From: Octopus sinensis
Taxonomy: Eukaryota
DNA length: 64,000 nucleotides
Assembly: GCF_006345805.1 (NCBI RefSeq)
Contig: NC_043005.1
Coordinates: 41,168,001 to 41,232,000, forward strand
Reading direction: 5' to 3'
Of this stretch, positions 63,878 to 64,000 are shown piece by piece. A model generated the notes under the pieces. That model ran no database searches. It saw only the letters and a program-made list of their open reading frames with translations, and was not told the DNA's origin. Made by a program: the position numbers and the translations under genes. Within the stretch, counting starts at the first letter, position 1. Every line of letters starts with the position of its first letter.

Positions 63878-64000
63878 GGGATGATATCTAGAGATTAAGG
63901 CAGCTGGGTGATGAGAGTTATCTAGTACTTTGTCAAAATATCAAAGACAAGAAGTGATGTGTGAGTAGGTGCATTGTCATGATCAAGCATCCAGATTTTT
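63878..64000 (-). mobile_element. Mariner transposase fragment running off the window
   Basis: Reverse strand reads KIWMLDHDNAPTHTSLLV..., the second catalytic Asp region. Confidence 0.7.

Overview
Eukaryotic, very AT-rich, microsatellite-saturated genomic DNA, most likely a coleoid cephalopod such as Octopus (inferred from repeat content and recalled SINE families, not proven). The only host gene I can support is nine minus-strand exons (1,836 nt, about 612 codons, all GT-AG, phases mutually consistent) of an outer-arm gamma-type axonemal dynein heavy chain (DNAH5/DNAH8 family). They cover the stalk microtubule-binding domain, CC2, AAA5, buttress and the following helical region; both gene ends lie outside the window. 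The introns (1.6-17.9 kb) are packed with mobile DNA: RLE-type (R4/Dong-like) LINE fragments sitting in (AAT)n tracts, an RTE RT fragment, an internally deleted Gypsy provirus, a full-length dead mariner, Penelope-like fragments with eroded hammerhead motifs, a Helentron-type non-autonomous element, piggyBac/Tc1/hAT-type MITEs and dozens of tRNA-derived SINEs. I found no convincing new gene system. The best leads are a microsatellite-centred TE ecosystem (SINE tails make AAT/TA tracts, and site-specific retroelements plus a non-coding passenger land in them), two hammerhead relics with an extra core A, a PHD-like finger embedded inside an RT, modular SINE shuffling, and several long intronic hairpins including a perfect 70-bp inverted repeat. 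Most short ORFs in the track are microsatellite artefacts. TE boundaries are approximate unless TIR/TSD positions are given.
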